A stretch of 64,000 bases of DNA, taken from positions 7,102-71,101 of the forward strand of contig JBDHAF010000008.1 in NCBI GenBank assembly GCA_039588255.1. The letters are read 5' to 3'. Both the position numbers and the translations under genes were made by a program. Positions 31,928-44,168 of this stretch are shown one piece after another. Within the stretch, counting starts at the first letter, position 1. Each line of letters starts with the position of its first letter. The notes beneath the pieces were generated by a model. The model saw nothing but the letters and a program-made list of their open reading frames with translations. It had not been told where the DNA came from and did no database searches. This stretch comes from Gemmatimonadota bacterium. GTDB taxonomy: Bacteria; Gemmatimonadota; Gemmatimonadetes; Gemmatimonadales; GWC2-71-9.

Positions 31928-32521
31928 TTACGCCAGCTTCTGCACCTCTTTGTACCGAAAGCACCGGACCAGGTGATCGTTGACCATGCCGGCTGCCTGC
32001 ATAAACGCGTAGCAGGTGGTAGACCCGACGAACCTGAAGCCACGACTCTTGAGTTCCTTGCTCATGCTGTCCGACGCCGGCGTGCTCGCCGGCAGCTGCT
32101 TCAACGATCGCCACTTGTTCTGCCGCGGCGCTCCCCCCACCACCTGCCAGATGTAGGAGTCGAATGAGCCATGCTCTTGCTGCACCTGGAGGAACGCCCT
32201 CGCATTTGCCAATGTCGCTTCGATCTTCAGCCGGTTGCGAATGATGCCAGCATCCTGTAGCAGCCTCTCCACGCTCCTCCTGTTGTAGCGGACGATCCGC
32301 TCGGGATCGAAGCCGTCAAAGGCCTTCCGGAAGTTCTCCCGCTTGTGGAGAATAGTCCGCCAACTGAGGCCCGCCTGAAACGCGTCGAGGACCAAAAACT
32401 CGAAGAGCTTGCGGTCGTCGTGCAGGGGAGCGCCCCATTCTTCATCGTGGTATGCGATCATGAGATCGTCGCCCGTCGGCCAGTCGCAGCTCTTTCTCTC
32501 GGTGCCCACGATGTGCGTCAC
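31928..32521 (-). CDS. tag: DNA-3-methyladenine glycosylase I
   Basis: YHDEEWG, QAGLSW, GIIRNRLKI, MQAAGMVNDH..C. Confidence 0.95.
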   Translation of the reverse strand: MTHIVGTERKSCDWPTGDDLMIAYHDEEWGAPLHDDRKLFEFLVLDAFQAGLSWRTILHKRENFRKAFDGFDPERIVRYNRRSVERLLQDAGIIRNRLKIEATLANARAFLQVQQEHGSFDSYIWQVVGGAPRQNKWRSLKQLPASTPASDSMSKELKSRGFRFVGSTTCYAFMQAAGMVNDHLVRCFRYKEVQKLA

Positions 32522-32528
32522 TCCTTTT

Positions 32529-33470
32529 CTACTGTCGTGCTGCGATCACCGACTCCAGGTCGCCATCCAACTCCAGCACCACCCTGAGGATGGTAGTGAC
32601 GGCACTGGCGAAGAACTCGGCGTTGATCTTGTCGAACTCGTCCGACGCCCGATGATAGTCCTCGTGGTCTTCGACGCCGAAATAGAGAAACGGGATGCCG
32701 CTTCTGTGAAACGGCGCGTGATCCGAAGAATTCGTCCAATCGTCGTTCCCCAGATCGGGGCTGTCGTGTCCGAACAGCAGCGCCATCTCACTCGGTACCG
32801 CTACGCGCTCCACGATCGGCTTCAAGAACGGGTAATGGTGAGTCCCTGCTACGTACAGCTCACGTTCGCTGTGGCTCACCATGTCCATATTCACGTTCAC
32901 GGCCATTTGTCCGAGCTCTACCGGCGGCTCCTCCACCAGCGAGCGGGATCCACCCATGCCGCGCTCCTCGGCGTCCACCGCTGCGAAGATGATCGAGTGC
33001 CGAGGCCGGTGCGCCACAAAATGCGCCGCCAGGGCCATCAGCGCGGCCGTGCCGGAGGCGTTGTCGTCCGCGCCGTTGAACACTTCGCCGTCTCGAACCC
33101 CCACGTGATCGTAGTGCGCCGTGATCACGATGAATTGATCCGGAACCTCCGTCCCTTCCACGTACGCCACCACGTTGGCGCCGTGCAGCTCCACACCACG
33201 GCGCGTGGTCGTGAATTCCTGCACGTACGAGTCACCGAATGCCGCAATGCCCAGTCGTGCAAACCTCGCGGCCACAAACTCCCGGGCTTCACGGTTCCCT
33301 ACCGATCCCGCTAGCCGCCCCTCCAGTGAATCGGCTGCCAAGAACTCCACGTCGGCTAGCATTCTCTCGACGTCGATCGTGGCGGCCTGTGCAGTCGCGT
33401 CCGAAGTGTCGCCCGCGCAGGCGGCGACAGCCAATGCGCACACCGCGAGTGGGGCGCTATGCTTTGTCAT
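32529..33470 (-). CDS. M28 family peptidase lipoprotein
   Basis: VAAC lipobox, TAHYDH, GADDNASG, AEERG, SDHAPF, DYH. Confidence 0.9.
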   Translation of the reverse strand: MTKHSAPLAVCALAVAACAGDTSDATAQAATIDVERMLADVEFLAADSLEGRLAGSVGNREAREFVAARFARLGIAAFGDSYVQEFTTTRRGVELHGANVVAYVEGTEVPDQFIVITAHYDHVGVRDGEVFNGADDNASGTAALMALAAHFVAHRPRHSIIFAAVDAEERGMGGSRSLVEEPPVELGQMAVNVNMDMVSHSERELYVAGTHHYPFLKPIVERVAVPSEMALLFGHDSPDLGNDDWTNSSDHAPFHRSGIPFLYFGVEDHEDYHRASDEFDKINAEFFASAVTTILRVVLELDGDLESVIAARQ

Positions 33471-33482
33471 GCAACGATTCCT

Positions 33483-33491
33483 TTATCCACA
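33483..33491 (+). promoter_or_regulatory. perfect DnaA box in a short intergenic gap
   Basis: TTATCCACA. Confidence 0.45.
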
Positions 33492-33498
33492 GGGGTTC

Positions 33499-34212
33499 TT
33501 ACCTCAGCGCTTCAAACCCAAGATACTCCCGAACAAATTGACGGTGTTCCTTCGCTTCCGCTGGTGTCCCCAGGGTGTGCGTCGTTCCCGCCGTCATCCA
33601 GATAACGTCATCCGCCGTGTCGAACAACGATCGAACCTCGTGCCCCGTGATGGCGACGGCACACCCGTCTCGGGCTATCTGCTTGAACACCTCCGTCAAG
33701 AGTTCCGCATCTCGCGGCACGATGCCGAGGAAGGGCTCGTCGGCCAAAAGGCAGCCGGGGCCCCGGGCCAGGGCGAGGGCCAACTCGGCCCGTCGCTTCT
33801 CGCCACCCGATAGCCGGTGCGCCTCCCGGTCCAGGAGCCCACCGAGGTCCAGGAGATCCACCGCCTTCTCAACGTGTCGATCCCCGAAGTGATGTTCAAT
33901 GGCGCGGAAGTGCCTGCGCAGCGTGAGCGATCGGCATAGCAGGGATCGTTCGGGGAGGAAGAACAAGCCCCGTCTCGCCATGTCGGGCAGGTGCGTCCGT
34001 GAGAAGCGGTGCTCCTCGTATCGCACCATGCCGTAGTCCGCTCGGAGAAGACCTGCGGCGATCTTGAACAAAGTGGACTTGCCCTCGCCGTTGCGCCCAA
34101 CGAGCCCCGTGATGGCGCCGGGGTAAACCCACAGCGATGCCGAGGCGAGTACCTGCCGCCTCCCGAAAGATTTGCCGATGGACTCGGCAGCCAGTCGAGC
34201 CTGCTGCTTCAC
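33499..34212 (-). CDS. LptB-like ABC ATP-binding protein
   Basis: GRNGEGKST, LSGGEKRRAELA, LLADEPFLG, AITGHEV. Confidence 0.88.
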   Translation of the reverse strand: MKQQARLAAESIGKSFGRRQVLASASLWVYPGAITGLVGRNGEGKSTLFKIAAGLLRADYGMVRYEEHRFSRTHLPDMARRGLFFLPERSLLCRSLTLRRHFRAIEHHFGDRHVEKAVDLLDLGGLLDREAHRLSGGEKRRAELALALARGPGCLLADEPFLGIVPRDAELLTEVFKQIARDGCAVAITGHEVRSLFDTADDVIWMTAGTTHTLGTPAEAKEHRQFVREYLGFEALR

Positions 34213-34529
34213 AGCACCACACCGACGATGAGCTCGGCCAACAACACCGGGCCGACGACGAGCACGCCGATCACGATGCGACCGACCCCCATGTTGGCCA
34301 GAAAGACGAGGTTGTTCCGCCGGCGCGCGTCAATCAACACGAGCCCGTACACCAACATCACCACCGCAAGCAGGGCCGGCGGCGTGAGCCGGAACGCCTC
34401 GCGCACCGGATCAGCGATCAACGGGTCCTGCATTGCGAGGGATCCAGCCGCGACGACGAGTCGCACGAACACCCAGAACGCGACCCCCCTCACCAAGAGG
34501 CCGCGAACGAAGAACGCCGCAGGCAACAC
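34209..34529 (-). CDS. small 3-TM membrane protein (~106 aa)
   Basis: Three hydrophobic stretches, DARRRNNLVFLANMGV loop; stop overlaps the ATPase start (GTGA). Confidence 0.7.
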   Translation of the reverse strand: MLPAAFFVRGLLVRGVAFWVFVRLVVAAGSLAMQDPLIADPVREAFRLTPPALLAVVMLVYGLVLIDARRRNNLVFLANMGVGRIVIGVLVVGPVLLAELIVGVVL

Positions 34530-34533
34530 GATC

Positions 34534-37505
<2,972 letters not shown>

Positions 37506-37517
37506 AATGGAGCAAGT

Positions 37518-37553
37518 GGGAAGTGGGGAGTGACACACTCCCTCCTTCCCTTT
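37518..37553 (+). terminator. hairpin between convergent thiC and hydrolase genes
   Basis: GGGAGTG-ACA-CACTCCC stem extended by GGGAAG/CTTCCC and followed by TTT. Confidence 0.55.
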
Positions 37554-38763
37554 ATCGCAGCGACTCCAAGAACTCTCCGACAACCCTACTCAAGGCGATA
37601 GGCTGCTCCAGGGGTATCACGTGCCCCGCCTCTGGGATCAACGTAAACTGGGCCCCGTGGATCCCGCTGGCCAATTGCCGCGCAGTGCTCACCGGCATGA
37701 GTTGATCGTCCCGTCCCCCCACGACGAGAGTGGGCACGTCGATGGTCGGGAGAAGCGAGGTGGAGTCTTCCCGCTCTCGCATCGCCTTGAGAGCCCCGAC
37801 CAGTCCTTTGGTGGGGGTGCCGCATATCATGGTGCGGACATGGTCTACCACCCGAGGCATCGCGGCCATTGAGCTCGGCCCCAGGAGTTTGGGCATCATG
37901 AGGTCTGCCAGGGCACTGGCACCGTCTCGCTCCACGAGGGATATCATGTTGTCCCGGCCCTTCATGGCGGTCTCGTTGTCCGGCTCGGCCCGCGTGTTAA
38001 TCAGAATCAAGCCCGCGACCCGGTCTCGGTAGCGACGGAACATCTCGAACGCGATGTAGCCACCCATGGACAAACCGCACACCACCGCCTTCTCCAGCCG
38101 GAGCGCGGAAAGCAGCGTGGCGAGATCATCGGCGTAGTCCGCCATGCTGTAGCCGTTTTCCGGTGTCTCACTCAAGCCCATCCCGCGAAGATCCGGAGCG
38201 ATGCGTTGCCATCCGCTCAGCGTGGCGATCACATGACGCCACATAGTGCGATCCAAGGGAAACCCGTGCACGAAGAGAATGGCAGGGCCGTCGCCCTGAA
38301 TATCCACTGCGGTGGCGACCTCGCCCAGCGCCAGGTGCTGGGTCTCCCCCGGGCGGATCGAGGGACGAGTACCGAACGCGCGACTCACTGACTGGGGGAC
38401 CCGCACTGGCTCCCCCATACCGTCGATACAGGCAATCAAGAAATCGCCCTCCGCCACCACCACGCCATCCGTAGCGCGGCGCGCCGTCTGATGAAGCGCG
38501 AACGTCGTCTCCCCTTGGTGGGCGAGCGTGGTGTCCACCGTGATCAGGTTGCCGGCACGGATGCTCTCGTAGCTGTCGACGGTCGTCTTGCGAACGGCGG
38601 GCCACACGGTCCCGGGCTCGAACAGGTCCAGGCCCGGCCCCCTGGCGAAGGCTTCCCAGCGGGCACGTTCAAAAAGCCGTACCAAGGCAGGATTGCCGAC
38701 CTGGCCGTTCGCGTCACAGTCGTCCGGGTAAACCACGAGGTCGATGGAGTGGAGCGAGCTCAC
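37552..38763 (-). CDS. hot-dog thioesterase fused to an alpha/beta hydrolase
   Basis: N-terminal DDCDANGQVGN..FERAR (4HBT-like); C-terminal VHGFP, DLRGMG, GLSMGG, D, GH. Confidence 0.85.
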   Translation of the reverse strand: MSSLHSIDLVVYPDDCDANGQVGNPALVRLFERARWEAFARGPGLDLFEPGTVWPAVRKTTVDSYESIRAGNLITVDTTLAHQGETTFALHQTARRATDGVVVAEGDFLIACIDGMGEPVRVPQSVSRAFGTRPSIRPGETQHLALGEVATAVDIQGDGPAILFVHGFPLDRTMWRHVIATLSGWQRIAPDLRGMGLSETPENGYSMADYADDLATLLSALRLEKAVVCGLSMGGYIAFEMFRRYRDRVAGLILINTRAEPDNETAMKGRDNMISLVERDGASALADLMMPKLLGPSSMAAMPRVVDHVRTMICGTPTKGLVGALKAMREREDSTSLLPTIDVPTLVVGGRDDQLMPVSTARQLASGIHGAQFTLIPEAGHVIPLEQPIALSRVVGEFLESLR

Positions 38764-38856
38764 ATCCTGTCCGCTGATAAAGACTGGGCGCTAATAATTA
38801 ATCAGCGCAGACCACGAGACAAGAAAACGGTGGCCCGTCGCGCCAAATCGGCCCAA

Positions 38857-38937
38857 AAATGTATAGTAAGTGTCGCTAAAGTGTATTAACACTGTCTTTG
38901 GTCTGTTCACTGTAAAGTGTTGTATTTAAAAGAGTTA
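38857..38937. promoter_or_regulatory. AT-rich divergent promoter region with 11-bp-phased TGT array and 25-bp dyad
   Basis: TGT at 38860, 38871, 38882, 38893, 38904; TAAAGTGTTGTATTTAAAAGAGTTA at 38913-38937. Confidence 0.45.
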
Positions 38938-39037
38938 TACAGTTTCCACATGGAATCTGGAAAATGTAGAAAACTGCCATGGCTTGTTGGCGATGGCCCT
39001 CCCGTCCGGCGTGCAGGTGTGCCATGTTTCGGTGAGC

Positions 39038-40213
39038 ATGGGGAAATCGGCCGCATCCAAGCACCCCCTCCTCCTCGCCGACGATGATGCCCTCGAGGCC
39101 TTCACCGGCGATCTGAAGGAGCAATCCCTCGTCGCCCTCGACACCGAGGCGGCGTCCTACCACCGGTACGTCGATCGCATTTACCTCGTCCAGATCAGCT
39201 CCGCGACCGCCACGGCCATCGTCGATCCGCTGGCCGTAAGCAATCTCAAACCCATCGGCCGCATCCTGGCCGACCCGGCGGTCGAGGTGGTCTTCCACGA
39301 CGCGGACTACGACCTCCGAGTCCTAGACCGGGACTGCGGCTTTCGGGCCAAGCACCTCTTCGATACCCGCATCGCCGCGCAACTGCTCGGTGAACCATCC
39401 GTCGGCCTGGGGTCGCTGCTGGAGAAGTATTTCGGCGTCAAGGTGAACAAGAAGATGCAGCGCGCCGATTGGTCTCGCCGACCGCTCACGCCGGAGATGA
39501 TCTCGTACGCTGCATCCGACACGGCCTATCTGCTCAGGCTGCGCGACGAGCTACGGGGCAGACTCCAGGACCAAGGTCGCCTGGAGTGGGCCGAAGAGGA
39601 GTTCAAACGCCTTGAGAGGATCCGCTGGACCTCCAACGGCGGCAACGGCCAAGGATTCCTCCGGGTCAAGAACGCTAAATCACTCCCGCCCAAGTCGCTC
39701 GCCGTCTTAAGAGCGGTGCACGAATGGAGGGAGGGAAAGGCCGCAAGCCTCGACCGCGCCCCGTTCCGGGTGCTGGGCAACGACGCGCTCACCGCCTTGG
39801 CGCGGTCCGCGCCGACGACCCTGAGACGATTGCGATCGTTGAGTGGAGTGCCGGCGTCCTCCGTCCGGCGCTACGGCGAGGAGCTGATACAGGCAGTCCA
39901 GGTAGGTCTGGACACTCCGGCGGACAAATACCCCAAGGTCGAACGGCCGAAGCGGCCGAAAGTCTCGCGGGGTGCCCAACAGCGTATCGAACGCCTCAAG
40001 GCACTTCGCCAACGTACCGCCAGCGACTTGGGGATCGAGATAGGCGTGCTGTGCCCGAACGGCACCTTACAGGCCATTGCCGTTGCAGCTCCCACTACAT
40101 CAAGGGAGTTGCGGAAGGTCGACGATCTGAAACGGTGGCAGTGTAAAGCGCTCGGGGAGGCCGAGCTCCTCCAAGCGTTGAATGGACGTGAAAGATCAGT
40201 GCCCCAAAAATGA
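39038..40213 (+). CDS. rnd: ribonuclease D with HRDC domains
   Basis: ALDTE, VFHDADYD, FDTRIAAQ, ADWSRRPL, YAASDT. Confidence 0.93.
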   Translation: MGKSAASKHPLLLADDDALEAFTGDLKEQSLVALDTEAASYHRYVDRIYLVQISSATATAIVDPLAVSNLKPIGRILADPAVEVVFHDADYDLRVLDRDCGFRAKHLFDTRIAAQLLGEPSVGLGSLLEKYFGVKVNKKMQRADWSRRPLTPEMISYAASDTAYLLRLRDELRGRLQDQGRLEWAEEEFKRLERIRWTSNGGNGQGFLRVKNAKSLPPKSLAVLRAVHEWREGKAASLDRAPFRVLGNDALTALARSAPTTLRRLRSLSGVPASSVRRYGEELIQAVQVGLDTPADKYPKVERPKRPKVSRGAQQRIERLKALRQRTASDLGIEIGVLCPNGTLQAIAVAAPTTSRELRKVDDLKRWQCKALGEAELLQALNGRERSVPQK

Positions 40214-40498
40214 CCTGACCTTCGGGTCTATTCGATCCGGCGTCCAGAACGGCTCCCACACCAACTCCACCTCCACACCCGTCACACCGTCCAGCATCCG
40301 TATTGTCTGGTCCACGTCGCCCATGATCTGTGCGCCGGCGGGACAGCCCGGGGATGTGAGCGTCATTTTCACATGTACCTCACCCTCGTCGACCTCCACA
40401 TCATACACCAAGCCAAGGTCCATAATGTTGAGGCCAATCTCCGGATCCTTCACCTGTCGCAGTGCCTTGCGAACCATATCTGCGTCTATCATGGGCAC
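40196..40498 (-). CDS. DUF59 metal-sulfur cluster assembly factor (SufT/PaaD-like)
   Basis: DPEIGLNIMDLGLVY, TLTSPGCP, VWEPFW. Confidence 0.92.
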   Translation of the reverse strand: MPMIDADMVRKALRQVKDPEIGLNIMDLGLVYDVEVDEGEVHVKMTLTSPGCPAGAQIMGDVDQTIRMLDGVTGVEVELVWEPFWTPDRIDPKVRSFLGH

Positions 40499-40561
40499 TC
40501 CCTGTGGCTGCTCCGAAAGTTAGCGCTTGGCACGACCACGAGCCACGGCCGCCGTGCAGTA

Positions 40562-41704
40562 TCAGCAGCGCGCCGTTCCTCCCAGCGCTTCCAGCAACCG
40601 ACACGATCGTTCCTGTAGCCGCACAGCAGCATCCGCAACCCTGCCTCGAACTGCCTTCAGGCGCGTAATCGATCGGCCCGTGCGCGGGGCGTACACCCGG
40701 TTTGTCAGCAACACCACGAACAGATTCCGTGTTGGATCGATCCAGATCGACGAGCCGGTGAATCCGCCGTGTCCATACGCCAACGGTGACAGCAGCGTGC
40801 CCGTGTTCTCGCTCGTTGTCGTATCGTTGGTCTCCCAACCCAACGCCCGCTGACCCCGTCCCGGCCGGGTAAACGCGTCAACCGTTTCGGCCGCCAGTAG
40901 TTGCACGCCGCCGTCCGTTGTGCCGCGTCTGAGGTGCATTTGGGCAAAGGTCCCAAGCTGTTGACCCGTACTGTACAGCCCCGCGTGCCCTGACACCCCG
41001 TTCAACCGCGCGGCATTCTGGTCGTGAATGACTCCCTGGATCGGTGTACCACGCCACACGTTGATCGGTGCCGCACGCCTTCGGGCGTTGCGGGGAAGGT
41101 TGTACTGTGTCTGGTCCATCCCGAGGGGCTCGTACACCTCGCGTCGCACAAAATCGTCCAGCGACGTCCCGGACACCGCTTCGACGACCCAGCCAAGCAA
41201 CATCGCGTTCAGATCGCTGTACTCCACGCGGGCACCGGGAGGCCAGCGAAGAGGTTCCGACATCACCGCGGCCCGGGCGTCGGCCGCGTTGTCTGTCAGC
41301 GTGTTCAAGGGCAGGAACGCGCGGAGTCCCGAGGTGTGCGCCAACAAGTCTCGCACCGAAACGGCGGCCTTGCCCTCTCCAACGAACTCCGGCAGGTACT
41401 CCCGGACAGGCCGGTCGAGATCGACGAGGCCACGATCGACGAGGAGCATGATCGCCGGCGTGGTCGCCAGCACTTTGGTCAAGGAGGCCAGGTCGTACAG
41501 CGTGGAGTCGGCAGATGGCGTGGCAGACTCACTCGACCAGGTAAGCCCCCCGTAGCCCTTCGCCAACAGCACGGTATCCGCCGTGCCGACAACTACTACG
41601 GCACCGGGATAGACCCCGCCCCGAATACCATCCCGAATGATCGTATCGATCTCGGCGACCGGGTGGGTTTGCGTCGCGAGCAGGAGTGCGAGAAGATTCA
41701 TCAC
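40562..41704 (-). CDS. serine hydrolase, beta-lactamase class C-like
   Basis: ASLTK (SxxK), YSD, GHAGLYS, HGGFTG. Confidence 0.9.
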   Translation of the reverse strand: MMNLLALLLATQTHPVAEIDTIIRDGIRGGVYPGAVVVVGTADTVLLAKGYGGLTWSSESATPSADSTLYDLASLTKVLATTPAIMLLVDRGLVDLDRPVREYLPEFVGEGKAAVSVRDLLAHTSGLRAFLPLNTLTDNAADARAAVMSEPLRWPPGARVEYSDLNAMLLGWVVEAVSGTSLDDFVRREVYEPLGMDQTQYNLPRNARRRAAPINVWRGTPIQGVIHDQNAARLNGVSGHAGLYSTGQQLGTFAQMHLRRGTTDGGVQLLAAETVDAFTRPGRGQRALGWETNDTTTSENTGTLLSPLAYGHGGFTGSSIWIDPTRNLFVVLLTNRVYAPRTGRSITRLKAVRGRVADAAVRLQERSCRLLEALGGTARC

Positions 41705-41752
41705 AACGTTCTATCTTAGCCGCGACCCGGACGTCCGGAAAGTGAGACGAGC

Positions 41753-43270
41753 TTGGCCCGAGTCCCCTGCGCACCACGATTTATGCTCCGCCCATCTATG
41801 GCACTGGCTATCCTCGCCTGTGTCAACCTTGCCCGCCACGTGGATACTGCGTCGGCGCAAGCCCACGAGAATGCGATCGACACGTTGTTGGTGAGCTCCG
41901 TAACACAGTTCCTCTCACACGACAGCCTGCAGGGTCGCGCCATGGGATCGCGTGGCGCGGGCATCGCGGCCGGGTACATCGCCTCGACATGTGCGTCACT
42001 TGGCCTCGCCCCGCTAGACGGCCGGTTTCTGCATCCGGTGGCAGTCGCACGGGCGGCATTCGATCTGCGCCGCACCACGCTGACAATCGCCAATGACGAA
42101 CAGGCACGCATGTTCGATGCAGCCACCGCGTTTCTGCCGACCGGTGCGCTCGTCTCAACGCTGAGCGGGTTTCAGGGACCGGCGGTGTTCGTCGGTGAGC
42201 AGGATGACATTTTGTCGGGCTTGGACGGCGACCTCACCGGAAATGTGGCGATTACGAGTACACCAGTGTTGCGGGCGGCTGCCGGCGACACCCTGCGACG
42301 CAAAGGGGCCGTCGGGATCGTGAACCTGGTGCGTGACGACGCGACGCAGCGATACGTGGAATGGCTGCGAGGCACCCCTCCTCTGTACTTGCAGCGCGCC
42401 GCCGAGTCGTCGTTCTTTCCGTCGCTGCCGTCCGTTGCAGCGTGGCCGGAACTCTCTGAAGCGGTCCGCGACCTATCGAGGCTCGCCTCGCCGGGAGACC
42501 TGCCGTGGGAATTGAACGTGCGGGTCACGGTGGAGACGGCGTTTGAGTCGATCGGTGTGACGAGCCACAACGTGGCGTGCCACTTGGCCGGGGCCATCCC
42601 GGAAGCGCGAGACACGGCCATCGTTCTCACCGCCCACTACGATCACCTGGGCGTCTGGCAGCCCGACGAGACGGGGGATTCTATTTACAACGGTTTCTCT
42701 GACAACGCCGCCGGCGTCGCCATGCTTCTCGCAATCGGCAAGGCCGCGGCGTCGCGGACCGACCGCCTCCGACACTCCTTGCTTCTCCTCTTCCTCACGG
42801 GAGAGGAGAAAGGCCTGCTCGGGTCCGACCACTTCGTCGCAGAACCTGCGTGGCCGCTGGCCCGGATGCTCGGCGTCGTCAATCTCGATGCCGGCGCTCC
42901 CCCGGCCCCACCCAAGACCTGGGAGATTGCCGGTGGCACGGGATCGGTGTTTGGTCGCTTGGCTACGGAGGTGGCCAGTTCGGCCGGATGGACAACGCGT
43001 ACCTCGTTTGCCCGGCCCAATTCCGACTACTATCCGTTTTGGCGGGAGGGCGTGCCCGCCGTCTTCATCATCCCCGGACAGGGACCATACGAGGGGCTTT
43101 CTATCGAGGCGTCACAGCGCCTGCGGACCCGATGGGATCGCTACCACCAGCCGGGGGACGAGTGGTCGCAGTCCTTCCCGCTCAGAGGCGTCGCCCGATA
43201 CGCGACGTACGCGTACCTCTTGGTGGAGGCGCTCGATCGGATAGGGCTCCCGAGGGGCGCCCCCCGTTAG
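41753..43270 (+). CDS. M28 family peptidase with PA-like insert; start uncertain
   Basis: TAHYDHLG, GFSDNAAG, GEEKGLLGS, SDYYPF, YHQPGD. Confidence 0.88.
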   Translation: MARVPCAPRFMLRPSMALAILACVNLARHVDTASAQAHENAIDTLLVSSVTQFLSHDSLQGRAMGSRGAGIAAGYIASTCASLGLAPLDGRFLHPVAVARAAFDLRRTTLTIANDEQARMFDAATAFLPTGALVSTLSGFQGPAVFVGEQDDILSGLDGDLTGNVAITSTPVLRAAAGDTLRRKGAVGIVNLVRDDATQRYVEWLRGTPPLYLQRAAESSFFPSLPSVAAWPELSEAVRDLSRLASPGDLPWELNVRVTVETAFESIGVTSHNVACHLAGAIPEARDTAIVLTAHYDHLGVWQPDETGDSIYNGFSDNAAGVAMLLAIGKAAASRTDRLRHSLLLLFLTGEEKGLLGSDHFVAEPAWPLARMLGVVNLDAGAPPAPPKTWEIAGGTGSVFGRLATEVASSAGWTTRTSFARPNSDYYPFWREGVPAVFIIPGQGPYEGLSIEASQRLRTRWDRYHQPGDEWSQSFPLRGVARYATYAYLLVEALDRIGLPRGAPR

Positions 43271-44007
43271 CGAGTGGGTGGACCCTTGAGTGACCCTGGG
43301 CGAAGAGAGTAGAGCAGCATTGCCGTCCGTCGATCGCGGCTGGTGAGATCGTGCACGGACGTGGTGGGGTACATCACGTCCCGCTCCTGGTCGGAGTGGC
43401 CGAGGCCCAGGAGGTGACCGATTTCGTGGAGGGCGACGGTCTCGACGGCCTCCGTCGTAAACGGTCGGCCGAGATGCGAGTGGGTAGCCAGTGTCAGTGT
43501 GCCCTGCTGTAGGTGGCCGTCGCTGCGCCACACGAGATCGGCTTGACCGGCTCGCCGGACATCGAACGCCTCGATCCAGCGAACGATCACGTCGACGTTG
43601 TCGGGAGACCGCACGAACTCGAACCGAACCGGGATGCCTCCCACACGGCGCCATCGAGGAAACGCGTCCCGCACCACGCGGCCCATGGCCGCCGTGTATC
43701 CGGACACCGTGGCCGGCTCGAAGTAGACCCGCAGGGGGCGGGCTTCCCGATCAACCCAGCGTCTCAGAACGGAGTCCGACTCGACGAGGGTTGCGGGCAG
43801 GTAGGTGTCCTCAGCGACGATGGCCCTGAGAGTCGCCCGCCGGGCCTCTTCCGACCGCTCACGACGGGGCTCGACGCTCCCGCCCAGATCCGCGACGACC
43901 GACCCGGAGCTGTCCGGCGGCTCCTCCACCACCGGAACTCGCCTCCCAACGTTAAAAGCGACGGCAGTGCCGGCGACGAATACGGCGAGGATCAGGAGTC
44001 GGCGCAT
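43267..44007 (-). CDS. matrixin-family (metzincin) metalloprotease
   Basis: HEIGHLLGLGH and Met-turn DVMYP; N-terminal signal/anchor. Confidence 0.9.
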   Translation of the reverse strand: MRRLLILAVFVAGTAVAFNVGRRVPVVEEPPDSSGSVVADLGGSVEPRRERSEEARRATLRAIVAEDTYLPATLVESDSVLRRWVDREARPLRVYFEPATVSGYTAAMGRVVRDAFPRWRRVGGIPVRFEFVRSPDNVDVIVRWIEAFDVRRAGQADLVWRSDGHLQQGTLTLATHSHLGRPFTTEAVETVALHEIGHLLGLGHSDQERDVMYPTTSVHDLTSRDRRTAMLLYSLRPGSLKGPPTR

Positions 44008-44168
44008 GAATGGAATATCCCATCCTTCCGCGTGAATTTCCACCGAGAGACCGCTAGCATCCGGCCACCCACTCGTCTATGATTCACGCCTTTGAACACC
44101 CGATCCGCTCCCCCCTCCCCGACGGCGCGCGACCGGGTGGCCCGGCCTAGTAAAGTGGAGGTTCTTTT

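Noticed and set aside
38857-38960. AT-rich spacer as a second origin or DnaA-box array
   Set aside because: Only one or two 9-mers approach the DnaA consensus, and there are no trios
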